Shown piece after piece: positions 1 to 9,300 of a stretch of DNA of 64,000 nt. Numbering within the stretch: the first letter of the stretch is position 1; each line of letters begins with the position of its first letter. The translations under genes and the position numbers were made by a program. Below the pieces are notes generated by a model. It was not told the origin of the DNA and made no database searches. It saw only the letters and a program-made list of their open reading frames with translations. Source of the stretch: Selenomonadaceae bacterium (GTDB lineage: Bacteria; Bacillota; Clostridia; Oscillospirales; CAG-272); the NCBI GenBank assembly GCA_963598415.1, contig CAVBUH010000030.1:38850-102849 (forward strand), written 5' to 3'.

Positions 1-338
1 TTGCCGCCGTGTTTGTCGATGCACTTGCAAGAGCAAAGAACGGAGGAGGACCGACTCTTATAGAGTGCAAAACCTACAGATGGCTCGGACACTGGACAGG
101 AGATCCCCAGCCTTACCGTACTAAGGAAGAAATCGAGGAATGGAAAAAGAAGTGCCCGATCAAATATACAAGAGAGCTTCTTGAGAGTATGGGAACGAGC
201 GCAGAGGAGCTTGACGGGCTTGAGGCAAAGGCGCAGGCGCTTATCGATGAAGCGGAGGAATTTGCGCTTAACAGTCCGGAGCCGGATCCCGCGCATGTTC
301 TTGATGATGTTTTTTACGATGGAGGTGATGCGATATGA
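1..338 (+). CDS. 2-oxoacid (pyruvate/acetoin-type) dehydrogenase E1 alpha subunit, C-terminal fragment; 5' end outside window
   Basis: Frame is open to the window edge. ...IECKTYRWLGHWTGDPQPYRTKEE... resembles TPP-dependent E1 alpha C-termini. Stop overlaps the next start (ATGA at 335-338). Confidence 0.8.
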   Translation, partial: AAVFVDALARAKNGGGPTLIECKTYRWLGHWTGDPQPYRTKEEIEEWKKKCPIKYTRELLESMGTSAEELDGLEAKAQALIDEAEEFALNSPEPDPAHVLDDVFYDGGDAI

Positions 339-1318
339 TTAAGAGCTATGCTCAGGCAATAAAGGATGTTACCGCAGAGGAAATGCGCAGAGACGAGCGG
401 GTATTTGTCATGGGAGAGGACGTTGAAGTTCTCGGCGGAATTTTCGGATGTACAAGAGGTCTTGCCGACGAATTCGGCGCCGACAGAGTAAGAAACACGC
501 CTATTTCCGAGGCGGGCTTTATAGGAGCCGGACTCGGAGCCGCTTGCTGCGGAATGAGACCGATTGCGGAACTCATGTATATGGATTTTGCGATGGTTGC
601 TCTTGATCAGATTGTAAATCAGGTAGCAAAGACGAGGTATGTTTTCGGTGGAAAAGCGAAAATACCGCTTGTTATCAGAGGCCAGCAGGGCGTCGGACGC
701 GGCAATGCGGCAACGCATTCGCAGAGTGTTGAGGCTTTGTTTATGCATTTTCCCGGACTTAAGGTGGTTATGCCGTCAACTCCCGCAGATGCCGCCGGTC
801 TTCTCAGAACCGCAATCAGAGATGATAATCCGGTTATCTTTATAGAGCATAAGGCGCTTTATGTCAACAAAGGCGAGGTCCCGGACGATAAAGATTATAT
901 GATTCCCTTCGGGAAAGCAAAAATAGTCAGAGAGGGAACCGACGCTACCGTCGTAGCAACTCACACATATGTTCAAAAAGCGGTTGATATGGCAGAAAAG
1001 CTTTGGAAAGAGGAAGGAATCTCCGTTGAGGTTATCGATCCCCGCACTCTCGTTCCTTTCGATAAGGATACCGTTATCAATTCCGTAAAGAAAACGGGGC
1101 GTGCTGTCGTTGTACACGAGGCTCACCGTGTCTGCGGAATAGGCGCTGAAATTGCTTCCGTTATTCAGGAGGAGGCATTTATGTATCTCGACGCTCCGGT
1201 AATAAGACTCGGAGCAAAGCAATGTCCGCTACCCTTTAATCTCGGACTTGAAAATGCAGTGGTTCCTCAGCCTCAGGATATATATGATGCAGTTAAAAAA
1301 ACGCTTTATCTGAAGTAA
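335..1318 (+). CDS. 2-oxoacid dehydrogenase E1 beta subunit
   Basis: 327 aa with a transketolase-like layout (GEDVEVLGGIFGCTRGL, RVRNTPISEAGF, C-terminal domain). Start is coupled to E1 alpha by ATGA. Confidence 0.9.
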   Translation: MIKSYAQAIKDVTAEEMRRDERVFVMGEDVEVLGGIFGCTRGLADEFGADRVRNTPISEAGFIGAGLGAACCGMRPIAELMYMDFAMVALDQIVNQVAKTRYVFGGKAKIPLVIRGQQGVGRGNAATHSQSVEALFMHFPGLKVVMPSTPADAAGLLRTAIRDDNPVIFIEHKALYVNKGEVPDDKDYMIPFGKAKIVREGTDATVVATHTYVQKAVDMAEKLWKEEGISVEVIDPRTLVPFDKDTVINSVKKTGRAVVVHEAHRVCGIGAEIASVIQEEAFMYLDAPVIRLGAKQCPLPFNLGLENAVVPQPQDIYDAVKKTLYLK

Positions 1319-1337
1319 TACGAAAGGAATACACGAT

Positions 1338-2600
1338 ATGGCAAACATTGTGATAATGCCCAAGCAGGGGCTTCAGATGACCGAGGGGCTGATAACCAAA
1401 TGGCTGAAGAAGGTCGGCGATGAGGTAAAAGAAGGAGAGCCGCTTTTTGAGATGGAGACCGACAAGCTTACCATCACGATTGATTCCTCCTTCAGCGGAA
1501 CGCTGCTGAAAATTATTCGCGATGAGGGCGAGGAGGTTCCGATAACAGAGCCTATTGCCGTAATCGGTGAACCGGGGGAGGATATCAGCGGGGCTGTTGC
1601 CGGTCAAGCGATCCCCGAGGCAACTGCTTCTGACACGCAGACTGCTCAGAATTCCGCTCCCGCAGTTCCCTCCGATGTAAATGTGGTGATAATGCCCAAG
1701 CAGGGGCTTCAGATGACCGAGGGACTGATAACCAAGTGGCTGAAGAAGGTCGGAGATGAGGTAAAGGAAGGCGAACCGCTTTTTGAGATGGAAACCGACA
1801 AGCTCACCATCACGATTGATTCCTCCTTCAGCGGGACGCTGCTGAAAATTATTCGCGACGAGGGCGAGGAGGTTCCGATAACGGAACCGATCGCGCTTAT
1901 CGGAAAGCCGGGCGACGATGTCAGTGGAATTGCTTTTGAAGCTGCCTCTAAACCGGAAGCATCGGCTGCCTTGACGCCGGAGCCGGTTCATGTTGCAGAA
2001 AAACCTGCAGCATTGCCGAAGACGGCACCTCTTCCGGTCGTTTCCCCAAAATCTTCAAATTCAAACGGGCGTGTTTTTATTACACCGCGGGCAAAAATGC
2101 GCTGCGCAGAGCGGGGAATAACCGATTATTCCAAGATTCCCGGGAGCGGTGGAGACGGACTTATTATCGAAAGAGACGTTCTTGCCTATAAGGAAACGAA
2201 GCAGACCGCGTCTGAGAGAATTGTCAGCCGCATAACGATAAGAGCCAATATCGGAGCCGCAGAGCGCTATGTAAAATCTGCCGCAGAAAGCGGTCTTGAG
2301 TTCAGTATGGATAAGCTGATCAAAAAGGCTGCTGTATCCGCCGCGAAACGTTATGAAACGTTTGACGGAATTGAGATCAAGACTCTCTGCGACACCGAGG
2401 CAGAGGAATATTTCCCTGCACTCTCACCGAACAGCGATATTTTGCTTTCGGCGGGAGGAATCTACACGGAGGGAGACCGCAGAGTGACGGTGCTTTCCAT
2501 TGGGTTTGATCAGGAAAAGACAGAGGCGGTTTCTGTCGCTGATTATCTCTCCCATTTGAAAAATTTGCTCGAAAATCCTCTGCTTATGATGGCGATATGA
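1338..2600 (+). CDS. E2-like dihydrolipoamide acyltransferase with two lipoyl domains, a PSBD and a shortened, His-less C-terminal domain
   Basis: Two EMETDKLTITI lipoyl-lysine motifs (K43, K155), an A/P-rich linker and a PSBD-like GRVFITPRAKMRCAERGI. The C-terminus reads LSIGFDQEKTEA...ENPLLMM where canonical E2 has DHRxxDG. Confidence 0.8.
   Translation: MANIVIMPKQGLQMTEGLITKWLKKVGDEVKEGEPLFEMETDKLTITIDSSFSGTLLKIIRDEGEEVPITEPIAVIGEPGEDISGAVAGQAIPEATASDTQTAQNSAPAVPSDVNVVIMPKQGLQMTEGLITKWLKKVGDEVKEGEPLFEMETDKLTITIDSSFSGTLLKIIRDEGEEVPITEPIALIGKPGDDVSGIAFEAASKPEASAALTPEPVHVAEKPAALPKTAPLPVVSPKSSNSNGRVFITPRAKMRCAERGITDYSKIPGSGGDGLIIERDVLAYKETKQTASERIVSRITIRANIGAAERYVKSAAESGLEFSMDKLIKKAAVSAAKRYETFDGIEIKTLCDTEAEEYFPALSPNSDILLSAGGIYTEGDRRVTVLSIGFDQEKTEAVSVADYLSHLKNLLENPLLMMAI
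1350..1575 (+). repeat. Tandem in-frame duplication, copy 1 (lipoyl domain coding)
   Basis: About 226 nt, ~90% identical by eye to 1686-1911. The offset is exactly 336 nt (112 codons). Confidence 0.9.
1686..1911 (+). repeat. Tandem in-frame duplication, copy 2 (lipoyl domain coding)
   Basis: Same as 1350-1575. Most differences are third-position or conservative. Confidence 0.9.
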
Positions 2601-3850
2601 AAAAAGAGCTTAAATACGGGAAAGGCACCGTAACGGTAGAGCTTGACGAAAAGAATTTGCTTGCAGAGCTGCTGCCTAACGAGGTTGCGGCAGATCTTAC
2701 CGGTGTTGAAGAGGTACGGCGTTCTCTGTCCGAACCGATAGGAACAGACGGACTGTCGAAATTGGCGGTTGGAAAACATAACGTGGTGATTGTCACAAGC
2801 GATATTACACGACCTGTTCCGAGCTATAAAATCATTCCGTCAATTCTTGACGAACTACAAAAAGCCGGCGTTAAGGACGATGATATTACGGTGGTCTTTG
2901 CCCTCGGCAGTCATCGTGGACACACCGAGGAGGAAAAGAGACATCTTGTAGGAGATGCCGTTTATGATCGTGTCAAGTGCATTGACGCCGACGCTTCCGA
3001 CTGTGTACGGGTAGGCGTGACAAAAGCCGGCACTCCCGTTGATATCTTCCGCAAGGTTGCAGAGGCGGATTTTAAGATTTGCGTCGGAAATATTGAGTTT
3101 CATTACTTTGCCGGTTACAGCGGAGGCGCAAAGGCTATTATGCCGGGGGTTTCCACGAGGGAGGCGATTCAGTGCAACCATCGGATGATGGTAAGACACG
3201 AGGCATGCGCGGGACGGCTTGACGGAAATCCTATACGCGAGGATATAGAAGAATCCGGAAAACTTCTCGGAATTGATTATATCGTAAACGTGGTTCTTGA
3301 TGCTCATAAGGAAATTATTAAATGTGTATCGGGAGATTCCGTAAAAGCTCACAGAGAGGGCTGCGCGTTTCTTGATACGCTTTACAAATGCAGAATACCG
3401 GAGAAGGCGGATATTGTTCTTGTCTCGGCAGGCGGATTCCCCAAGGATATGAATATGTATCAGGCGCAAAAGGCGCTTGATAATGCAAAACATGCGGTCA
3501 GAGCCGGCGGAACCGTTATCTGGATTGCCGAGTGTACCGAGGGAATGGGAGAAAAACATTTTGAGGAATGGATGACGGGACATAAAAAGAGCAGCGATAT
3601 GATAGATCATCTTCACCGCGATTTTGTTCTCGGCGGTCACAAAGCCGCTGCTATTGCTCTGGTGCTTGAGAAAGCAAAAATTGTGCTTGTGAGCAATTAC
3701 AGCGACGATTTTGTGCGGGCTGTTCATCTTACACCTGCTAAGAGTGCGCAGGAAGCCCTTGATCAGGCGTTTGCTGAGTATGGAAAAGAGGCAAAGGTGA
3801 TTATTATGCCGCTTGGAGGTTCCACGCTTCCTTCTGTATCAGAAATGTGA
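2597..3850 (+). CDS. larA: LarA-family nickel-pincer-dependent 2-hydroxyacid racemase/epimerase homolog
   Basis: 417 aa with an N-terminal DUF2088-like region and the block GSHRGHT...IEFHYFAGYSGGAKAIMPG...QCNH, recalled as typical of LarA. ATGA overlap with the E2 stop (2597-2600). Confidence 0.8.
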   Translation: MKKELKYGKGTVTVELDEKNLLAELLPNEVAADLTGVEEVRRSLSEPIGTDGLSKLAVGKHNVVIVTSDITRPVPSYKIIPSILDELQKAGVKDDDITVVFALGSHRGHTEEEKRHLVGDAVYDRVKCIDADASDCVRVGVTKAGTPVDIFRKVAEADFKICVGNIEFHYFAGYSGGAKAIMPGVSTREAIQCNHRMMVRHEACAGRLDGNPIREDIEESGKLLGIDYIVNVVLDAHKEIIKCVSGDSVKAHREGCAFLDTLYKCRIPEKADIVLVSAGGFPKDMNMYQAQKALDNAKHAVRAGGTVIWIAECTEGMGEKHFEEWMTGHKKSSDMIDHLHRDFVLGGHKAAAIALVLEKAKIVLVSNYSDDFVRAVHLTPAKSAQEALDQAFAEYGKEAKVIIMPLGGSTLPSVSEM

Positions 3851-4074
3851 GAACAGACAAATGTAACCTCTGAGAAATACGAGCTTTTATCCTAAGGAAT
3901 CTCTGATTAAATCTGCATAACCGATTTAATCAGGGATTCCCTAAAGATGAGAACGGCTTTTGGGTTTTTTCATAAGGATACTGCATTCGTAGGGCGTGGC
4001 TTGCTCCCACTGTAAAACAAATTTTGGAAGAGAAATTCCTCTTCCGATTTTGGACTGAATCGTGTTGATAAAAA

Positions 4075-4214
4075 GGGGCTGTCTCAAATTGCATTTTTGA
4101 GAGAGAAACGTATACAAAAGTAAAAAAATCAAGGGCATTTTTTTAATGACCTTGATTTTTTTGCTTGGATTTCACATGACGTTCATAATTGTTAGTGCGG
4201 TGAGACAGCCGCCC
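4075..4214 (+). repeat. Repeat family E copy 1 (terminator-carrying module, 10-bp terminal inverted repeat GGCTGTCTCA/TGAGACAGCC)
   Basis: Aligns with 13613-13750. Contains hairpin TCTCAAA/TTTGAGA, then a terminator-like hairpin, then the conserved TTTCACATGACGTTCA..TTGTTA block. Confidence 0.7.
4128..4162 (+). terminator. Rho-independent terminator downstream of the E1/E2/larA operon (inside repeat E1)
   Basis: Stem ATCAAGG/CCTTGAT followed by a T7 run, with an A-run on the 5' side (could act in both directions). Confidence 0.6.
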
Positions 4215-4576
4215 AAAAGATGGATAGGCGCTCTATTTGAGGAGCTTCGGTTTAATTCAGAAAAAAAGAAGGTTTGGGGATATGCTTGCTAAGCCACGGA
4301 GCCATGTCTTTTGCCCGACACGGCTTATCTATAAGGTGAATTTACATTAATAAAGCAACAGGCAAGGCAAACGGAATTAATTAATCTGGCTTTTGGAAGA
4401 GCAGATAAAACGTTCTCCCCGCTCCTTCAAGAACTCGCTGAATCATATAGTTTATTCCCATATAATATCCAACAGATCTTTAAAAATTGCCGAGATTTTC
4501 ATTACCCATATGAGAAGTTTTGGGAGCATAAAAGATGATTCTTTGCCGTTTAGAAAGCAAGAATCGTCTGATTTTT

Positions 4577-5458
4577 TTATAATTTTTTTGTTTTCCGATA
4601 TTCACCCGGCGTCGTTCCGGTTATATTTTTAAAGGCGCGGTTCAGTTCGCGTTTGTCATGATATCCAATTCTATCGCTAATTTCCTCTACCGAAAGCGAA
4701 GAATCCTCCAAAAGCTCGATTACTTTTTGAACCCGCACATTCTGTACATAGGTTGAAAAAGGAACACCGAAATTCTTTTTAAAGGCGCGGCTGAAATATG
4801 CCGGTGAATAGAAATATTTTCTTGCTATTTCATTCATAGAAATCTGATTGCTGCAATTTTTCTCTATGTAGTCGATTATCCCCGGAATAATGTCACGTAT
4901 ATCGTTCATTACCATATCGTTGCTGCTTGATTCAATATTCCTTATTATCATATAGAATAGAATATTTAAATAGCTCGATACAATCTCAGCATAATTGGTG
5001 CCCCTGTTGAGAATTTCGTCGCACATTGCATTTACAATGCCGTCTGCAGCGATAAGGTCGTTTCCCTTGAACCGGATAAGAGGGGTGCGCGGAATTTCTT
5101 CGGACGAAGTCTGTTCGCTGTTATAGAGATAATAGGCGAAGATATCGATAGCGGTGTGGCTGGAATAAAGGTTATCGGATATAAAATCCGGAAGGAGCAC
5201 CATATCCGCGAAAAGGACGCCTGTTTCTGATTTGTGGTAGTGAGTCTGGTCGGTATCAATAAGAAGAAGATCTCCCTTCGCTACCTTGTATTCCTTATCG
5301 TCAATATAATGCGTGGCGGCACCGCTTATGATATAGATAAGCTCAAGAAAGTTATGTTTATGTACCGTGCTTTCGCCCATGAAAGTGTTTCGGTATGCCG
5401 TGAATTTCATACCGTTTTCAAGAAAGTCTTTATATTCGTAAGTGATCTCGCTTTCCAA
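4577..5458 (-). CDS. AraC-family transcriptional regulator with N-terminal cupin domain
   Basis: C-terminal HTH_18-like region (ISMNEIARKYFYSPAYFSRAFKKNFG...GYHDKRELNRAFK). The ORF is open to 5560, but that part overlaps the rpsT terminator. A TTG at 5458 follows GGAGGAG by 9 nt and is the likelier start. Confidence 0.8.
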   Translation of the reverse strand: MESEITYEYKDFLENGMKFTAYRNTFMGESTVHKHNFLELIYIISGAATHYIDDKEYKVAKGDLLLIDTDQTHYHKSETGVLFADMVLLPDFISDNLYSSHTAIDIFAYYLYNSEQTSSEEIPRTPLIRFKGNDLIAADGIVNAMCDEILNRGTNYAEIVSSYLNILFYMIIRNIESSSNDMVMNDIRDIIPGIIDYIEKNCSNQISMNEIARKYFYSPAYFSRAFKKNFGVPFSTYVQNVRVQKVIELLEDSSLSVEEISDRIGYHDKRELNRAFKNITGTTPGEYRKTKKL

Positions 5459-5532
5459 ACCGTATGTCTCCTCCGAAAAGTAACTGCATTTTATTTTAAT
5501 ATATAATGAAAGAAAAGTCAAGAGACAGAATA

Positions 5533-5565
5533 AAAAACGCGGGGCTGCCGCAAAAAGCAACCCCG
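5533..5565 (-). terminator. rpsT terminator
   Basis: On the minus strand, stem GGGGTTGC/GCAGCCCC is followed by GCGTTTTTTATT, 14 nt after the rpsT stop. Confidence 0.7.
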
Positions 5566-5578
5566 ATTTATAAGGCGG

Positions 5579-5842
5579 TTAAGCCATATGATTGAGAGCA
5601 AGCGTATACTGACTCTTTTTTCTTGCAGCATTATTCTTATGAATAATACCCTTGGAAACAGCGGTATCAAGCTTTTTAACAGCAACTGCATAAGCTTTTG
5701 CGGCGTTTTCCTTATCTCCGGCAGCGACTGCGGCTTCGTACTTCTTCATTGCGGTTTTGAGAGCTGTCTTGACCATCTTATTCTGAAGTGTCTTTGCTTC
5801 GCAGACCTTGACGCGCTTTTTGGCAGACTTGATATTCGGCAA
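5579..5842 (-). CDS. rpsT: 30S ribosomal protein S20
   Basis: PNIKSAKKRVKV... is a typical S20 N-terminus. I chose the TTG start at 5842, 8 nt after GGGAGG. The ORF-track GTG at 5851 abuts the RBS. Confidence 0.9.
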   Translation of the reverse strand: MPNIKSAKKRVKVCEAKTLQNKMVKTALKTAMKKYEAAVAAGDKENAAKAYAVAVKKLDTAVSKGIIHKNNAARKKSQYTLALNHMA

Positions 5843-5973
5843 TCCGTTCACCTCCCGACGCTATATTGACATTCTGCATTTCAGTGATTAATCATACCAC
5901 ATATTATAAAAAATTTCAATAGTTTTTACGGAATTTTTAATTGTTAAATATTTGTAAACATTCAAAGACGCGA

Positions 5974-6002
5974 TTGACAGAAAAAGAAAAATATGATAAA
6001 AT
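5974..6002 (+). promoter_or_regulatory. SigA-type promoter upstream of rpoB (TTGACA-17-TAAAAT with TGn extended -10)
   Basis: TTGACA at 5974-5979, 17-nt spacer ending in TGA, TAAAAT at 5997-6002. It sits about 300 nt upstream of the rpoB start. Confidence 0.6.
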
Positions 6003-6068
6003 CTATACTTGCATAGTTATCCTTGCTGATAGCTTGTGTTGCCCCGCAAAGGGCAGTGATGTAAATCA

Positions 6069-6113
6069 AAAAGTCGGCTGAAGCCTTATGCCAAGCCGAA
6101 AAATGACTTTTTT
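6069..6113 (+). promoter_or_regulatory. Attenuator/terminator-like hairpin in the rpoB leader
   Basis: Outer stem AAAAGTC/GACTTTT and inner stem TCGGCT/AGCCGA, followed by a T6 run. Confidence 0.35.
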
Positions 6114-6301
6114 GAATCATACCGGTGTCTGTAGATTTCACGGCACGGGATGGCCTTTCTCGGTCTTGCACCGCAGCTTATAATTCGACTGTAACCAGCA
6201 TGTCGTAGGGGTAGCGGTGACGGAGGAGAAAAGCTTTTCTGCGCCGGCGTTTTCTGCTTATACAGGTATGATTTATTAATTTGAATGGAGTGATTACTGT
6301 A

Positions 6302-9300
6302 ATGGTCAAGCCCCATAAGCTCGGCAAAAATGTCAGAATGAGCTTTGCTAAGATTGATGAAGCTCTCGAAATGCCGAACCTCATTGAGGTGCAGAAGAAA
6401 TCTTATAACTGGTTTCTGAAAGAAGGACTCATGGAGGTTCTTCGCGATGTCTCCCCTATAACCGACTACTCCGGAAATCTCAGTATAGAGTTTGTGGATT
6501 TTTCCATTGATCCTACGCCGAAATATCCGGTGGAAGAGTGCAAGGAACGAGACGTCAATTATTCCGCGCCGCTTCGTGTAAAAATGCGTCTTTACAATAA
6601 GACGACCGGAGAACTTCTCGAGCGTGACATTTTCATGGGAGATTTTCCGCTTATGACCGATAACGGAACCTTCGTTATAAACGGTGCGGAACGAGTTATC
6701 GTTTCTCAGATTGTACGTTCTCCGGGAATTTATTATACCTCGGAAATGGATAAGTCGGGCAAGAAAATCTATGCTTCAACGGTGATTCCCTATCGCGGCG
6801 CTTGGCTTGAATATGAGACAGACGCAAACGATATATTCTATGTAAGAATAGATAAAAACAGGAAAATACCGGTTTCTGTGCTTATAAGGGCACTTGGCAT
6901 TGAAACCGATGCCGAGATTGTCAGCTTTTTCGGAGACGATTCGAAAATAACCGCAACGCTTGAACACGATATCTGTCAGGTCGAAGCGGATAAAAACGGT
7001 ACAACAGCCGGGGATGAAGCGCTTAAAGAGATATATAAGAAGCTTCGTCCCGGAGAGCCTCCGCTTGTCGAATCAGCGCAGCTGCTTATAAATAATCTCT
7101 TTTTTGACCCTAAGAGATATGATTTAAGCGGTGTCGGCAGATATAAGTTCGATAAGAAGCTCGCTCTCGGAAAGCGTATTGTCGGATTTGCGCTCGCTCG
7201 CCCCGTTGTGAGTCCCCTTACAGGGGAGTTCCTTTGTGACGCGGGAGAGGAGATTACCGCCGAGCTTGCGGAGCTTATTGAGCGGAGCGGTGTAAATGAC
7301 CTTTATCTCCGCCTTGATGCTGAGCGGGAGATAAAGGTGTTCTCAAACGGAACGATTTATCCCGAATATATTCTCGGATACAACCTTAAGGACTGCGGAA
7401 TTAATGAAAAGGTTAAGATTTCGGTTCTGCTTGAAATTCAGGAACAGTGCGGAGAGGATGCCGAAGCGATAAAGGCGGAGGCGAAGCGCCGCATAGCGGA
7501 ACTTGTGCCTAAACATATTACAAAGGACGATATCTTCTCGTCTATCAATTATCTGATTTGCCTGTCTCATGGAATCGGTACCACCGATGATATTGACCAT
7601 CTCGGAAACCGGCGTCTGCGCTCTGTCGGAGAGCTCCTCCAGAATCAGTTCCGTATAGGCTTCTCCCGTATGGATAAGATCGTTAAGGAGAGAATGAATA
7701 TTCAGGACAACGAGACGCTTACTCCCGAGGGACTTATCAATATTCGCCCGGTTGTTACCGCTATCCGCGTGTTTTTCGGATCCTCTCCTCTTTCACAGTT
7801 TATGGATCAGAACAATCCTCTTGCCGAGCTTACGCATAAGCGCCGCCTTTCGGCTCTCGGACCGGGAGGTTTGTCCCGCGACCGCGCTTCCTTTGAGGTT
7901 CGTGATGTTCACTATACTCACTACGGAAGAATGTGCCCGATTGAAACTCCCGAAGGACCGAACATCGGTCTTATCTCCTATCTTGCAACTTATGCCCGGA
8001 TCAGCGATTATGGCTTTATTGAGGCTCCTTACCGCCGCATCGACAAGGAAACGGGAGTTGTGACCGGTGACATTGAGTATATGACCGCCGATGTGGAGGA
8101 TAATTATATAATAGCTCAGGCGAACGAGCCGCTTGACGAGAACAATCGGTTTGTGAACAAGAAGGTTACCGCACGTCAGCGTGCTGAGATTATTGAAGTT
8201 GACAACAGCGTTCCCGACTATATGGACGTTTCGCCAAAGATGGTGGTTTCCGTTGCGACAGCTATGATTCCGTTCCTTGAGAATGACGATAACTCCCGCG
8301 CGCTTATGGGCTCGAACATGCAGAAGCAGGCGGTTCCGCTTCTTGTCTGCGATTCACCTATTGTCGGAACCGGTATGGAATATAAAGCTGCGGTCGATTC
8401 CGGCGTTGTGGTGTGCGCCAAGGAATCCGGTACCGTTGAGCGTGTTTCCGCGGACGAGATTGTCGTTCGTACGGATGACGGCAAAAAGAACGTCTATCAT
8501 CTGATCAAATTCAAGCGTTCTAACCAGAGCACCTGTATTAATCAGCGTCCTATCGTTGATCAGGGTGAATACGTTGAAAAGGGTCAGGTTATTGCTGACG
8601 GTCCCGCTACCTCAAACGGGGAAATTGCTCTCGGCAAAAATGCTCTTATCGGGTTTATGACATGGGAGGGATATAACTACGAGGACGCCGTTCTTTTGAA
8701 CGAGAACCTTGTAAGAAACGATGTTTATACTTCCCTCCATATTGAAGAGTATTCCCATGAAGCAAGAGATACCAAGCTCGGACCGGAGGAGATCACAAGA
8801 GAGATTCCCAATGTCGGAGACGACGCTCTTAAAGATCTTTCGGCGGACGGTATTATCCGTAAGGGTACCGAGGTTCGCGCCGGCGATATTCTTGTCGGAA
8901 AGGTAACGCCCAAGGGAGAAACTGAACTTACCGCGGAGGAGAGACTTCTCCGTGCGATCTTCGGCGAAAAGGCAAGAGAAGTAAGAGATACATCTCTGCG
9001 TGTTCCACACGGTGAAAGCGGTATTGTTGTCGATGTCCGCGTATTTTCCAGAGAGAACGGCGACGAGCTTCCTCCCGGTGTCAACAAGGTTGTCCGCGTA
9101 TATATCGCTCAAAAGAGAAAGATATCCGTCGGAGACAAGATGGCGGGACGTCACGGAAATAAAGGTGTTGTTTCCCGTATTCTTCCGCCGGAGGATATGC
9201 CTTTTATGGCGGACGGAACTCCTCTTGATATCGTTTTGAACCCGATGGGTGTTCCTTCGCGAATGAATATCGGACAGGTTCTTGAGGTTCATCTGGGGAT

